From: the human T2T-CHM13v2.0 reference genome, Homo sapiens
Strand: one strand, 5' to 3'
Assembly (NCBI RefSeq): GCF_009914755.1
Contig: NC_060925.1
Length of the DNA: 64,000 nucleotides
Under the pieces are notes generated by a model. The model searched no databases and was not told the origin of the DNA. It saw only the letters and a program-made list of their open reading frames with translations. The position numbers and the translations under genes were made by a program. This document shows positions 61,201-64,000 of the stretch, piece after piece (the stretch's first letter is position 1; the number at the start of each line of letters is the position of its first letter).

Positions 61201-61472
61201 GAGAGTGCAGGAAGAACTAACTCAGGGACTCGGCCAGAGAAATGGGCCGAAATTACTGCCAGACACATCCGACCTTAGTAAAGGCCCCTCATCCTGAACA
61301 AGCGGCAGAATGATATTTTATCTGTAAGAAGATGGGTGGCTTAAACTTTCAAGCATCCTGGGGAAAGACTTGGGTTAAATGCGCACGCCGTTTCCCGCAG
61401 CCCTTCACATCTCCAGGGCTGAACCCTGAATCTGTCTCCTAATGGAAGTGACCCTTTGTTCTTGCCCCCCAG

Positions 61473-61549
61473 ATTCAGACTCGGATTGCTAACGAAAAGT
61501 ACCTAAGGACCCACAAAGAAGTAGAGTGGCTCATAAGTGGTTTCTTCAG
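61473..61549 (+). CDS. RIIAD1: RIIAD1 coding exon 2: IQTRIANEKYLRTHKEVEWLISGFF(R), start of RIIa dimerisation/docking-like domain; the gene continues beyond the window
   Basis: cttgccccccag| acceptor, CAG|gtaggt donor, in frame with exon 1. Confidence 0.9.
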
Positions 61550-62499
61550 GTAGGTGGTTTTCCAGGCTCTGGGATTTGTGGCACGCAGGGTTTTCTTCGT
61601 TATCTCTAGAGGTTTCCTTCAGTTATCTCTAAATTCTTAAAAATATGTCTATTCATTTACTTTAACCATAAGGATAAATACATACCTTATGACACTTGGA
61701 AGAGGGAATTTGGCGTTGCGAAACCCAACAGCCATCCACTGGGTGTAGAACACTATTCTCAACCATAGGAGCTTAACAAAATCACTAGTTGAACTTAAAA
61801 CAAAAATCAGTTGTCTGGTTGGCCCTTCCCTACTTGAAAACATTACTGTAGAAAAATTCCAAGGGTTGGAAGCCACTCTTTTCTTGGGGAAGAGAAGACA
61901 ATTTACCAGCGTATCCTGGAATATGTTCTTTCCTTCCCCCACCCTCCTTTCAGCCTGGCATTTGCTTGAATGGAAACATATCCTAATGGGATGAAGAAGG
62001 AGAATTAAAAAAATAAATCACGGAGCATCAGTGGATGAAAACAATAGAGCTATCTCAAATGCTGTTTGGTTATAGACAAATAGACAAGGTTTAAATAATT
62101 ATAATGGCACCCATCTCCAGGCATTGTGCTGTTCCCCTACATTAGCACTTACCACACTGTATTGTAATTGAGCTGTCAATCTTCTGTTACTGGTCCAAAG
62201 CTCCGAGCTTGTGGAGTGTGTTTGTGTTCTCAGTGCCCACGCAGTGTGTGGCATCTTGGAACACTTTTGCTGATCCTCCCAGCACCTCCACAAAAGACAG
62301 GTGATTGTCATTTTTATTTTATAAGTGAGAAAATTTAAGCTTAGAAAGGTGAAGTACCTTCCCAAAGTTGCTGAACCAGGATTCAAACCCCTGGTTTTCC
62401 CACTGTATTGTGCTGTAAGCAGTCGGTCCCCATTTCCCCTCTGGACTGTGTGCTTATAGCCAGAGGTGGGCCCTCCCTTGTCTTCTCAAAAGTTGGCGA

Positions 62500-63107
<608 letters not shown>

Positions 63108-64000
63108 CTCACTATTCATATTATAGACGTTTCTCCAAGTGGCAACAAATTCTCAGAGGGCAGATAGGGGAAGGAAACAGAGAAAACTGAAACCTATCCA
63201 GTTATGAAGGTTGGCCAGGGATAAGCCTTGGGCAAAAGAGAGTTTAGGGATCCTCTGTCAATATCAGACCTGAGGATCAGGCCGTCACCTTTTGCAACTT
63301 TTCTTCTAAAGGGAAATAAGATGATATCGTTCCTATCCTGGGGAGCTTGCTCTCCAAGTTAGTAGTAGTTCCAGCAGAGAGATTGGGGATAGAAGTTAAA
63401 AGCTGAAACTAAATCAACATTTGCATTGCTCACAAACAACAGGATTAGAATGCTTGGGGTTGATGAATAAGAATGAGTTGTTTCAGTCACCTGTCAGAGA
63501 TGGCCTTGATTCTCTCTTTGTCCAGGAACAGTTTCCAGGAGCAGCCTGGGTATCTGAGACTGGCTGCTGTGGGAACAGCCCCAGATACTTCCTTTCCTTT
63601 CTTACCATGTTCCTGTCAAGGCCAGGTAGGCCACCAGGTTTTTCTTTTTGCTGTCCCTAAAGCTACTCTACCTGAAATTCTTCTGACCTCTTTTCCTGGG
63701 TGGAGCTTGCAGAGGGTTTAGTGTTTGAAGTTTTAGGGTTTACTTTTGTTTGTTTGGTGTCATTGTTCCCTTTGATTGGTACCGGGATGAACCAGAATCA
63801 GCTTCTGTCCCTGCTGGCCACCTCACATGGTCCTTCCTATGAGAAAAGAAGAAGGGAGAAGTGAGGGCAGAGTCCTGAGCACCGTGCCTGTCCTTGTCTG
63901 TTCTGCAGATATCTGCTGTTGATACATTCCAAGCCAAAAGAAGCTCTGAAGGGTTCTTTCTGGGAAGCAAACTCCCCACTTGGGTTTTTTAGATCCTAAT

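Noticed and set aside
60924-61202. 92-aa single-exon ORF from the RIIAD1 ATG
   Set aside because: It reads through the AAG|gtgggt donor into intron 1; the true frame continues at 61473

Overview
Human (primate) genomic DNA, recognisable as the SNX27 / CELF3 (TNRC4, BRUNOL1) / RIIAD1 locus; from memory this lies on chr1q21.3. Positions 1-38.5 kb (+) hold the last nine coding exons of SNX27 (end of PX domain plus FERM-like domain), two alternative terminal acceptors (C-termini ...WRKEEY* and ...WRKENIFQMARSQQRDVAT*) and a ~5 kb 3'UTR. The SNX27 introns are dense in Alu, L1, MaLR and DNA-transposon relics. Positions ~39.4-56.2 kb (-) hold the complete CELF3 gene: 12 coding exons that splice by hand to a 1398-nt, 465-aa three-RRM protein with an interrupted Q15 tract, plus a non-coding last exon. 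From 60.9 kb (+) are the first two coding exons of RIIAD1. No RNA genes, CRISPR arrays or prokaryotic-type systems are present, and I cannot support a wholly new biological system. The most interesting unexplained signals are: (1) a promoter-like cluster of RFX X-boxes and a perfect CRE inside CELF3 intron 2, followed by plus-strand splice sites, which suggests an antisense, cilia/testis-type transcription unit running through CELF3 toward RIIAD1; (2) a ~122-bp, ~83%-identical non-Alu inverted repeat in an SNX27 intron; (3) a near-canonical REST/RE1 site upstream of CELF3; (4) a near-pristine AluYa5. Exon coordinates were read by hand. Repeat boundaries and subfamily names are approximate.
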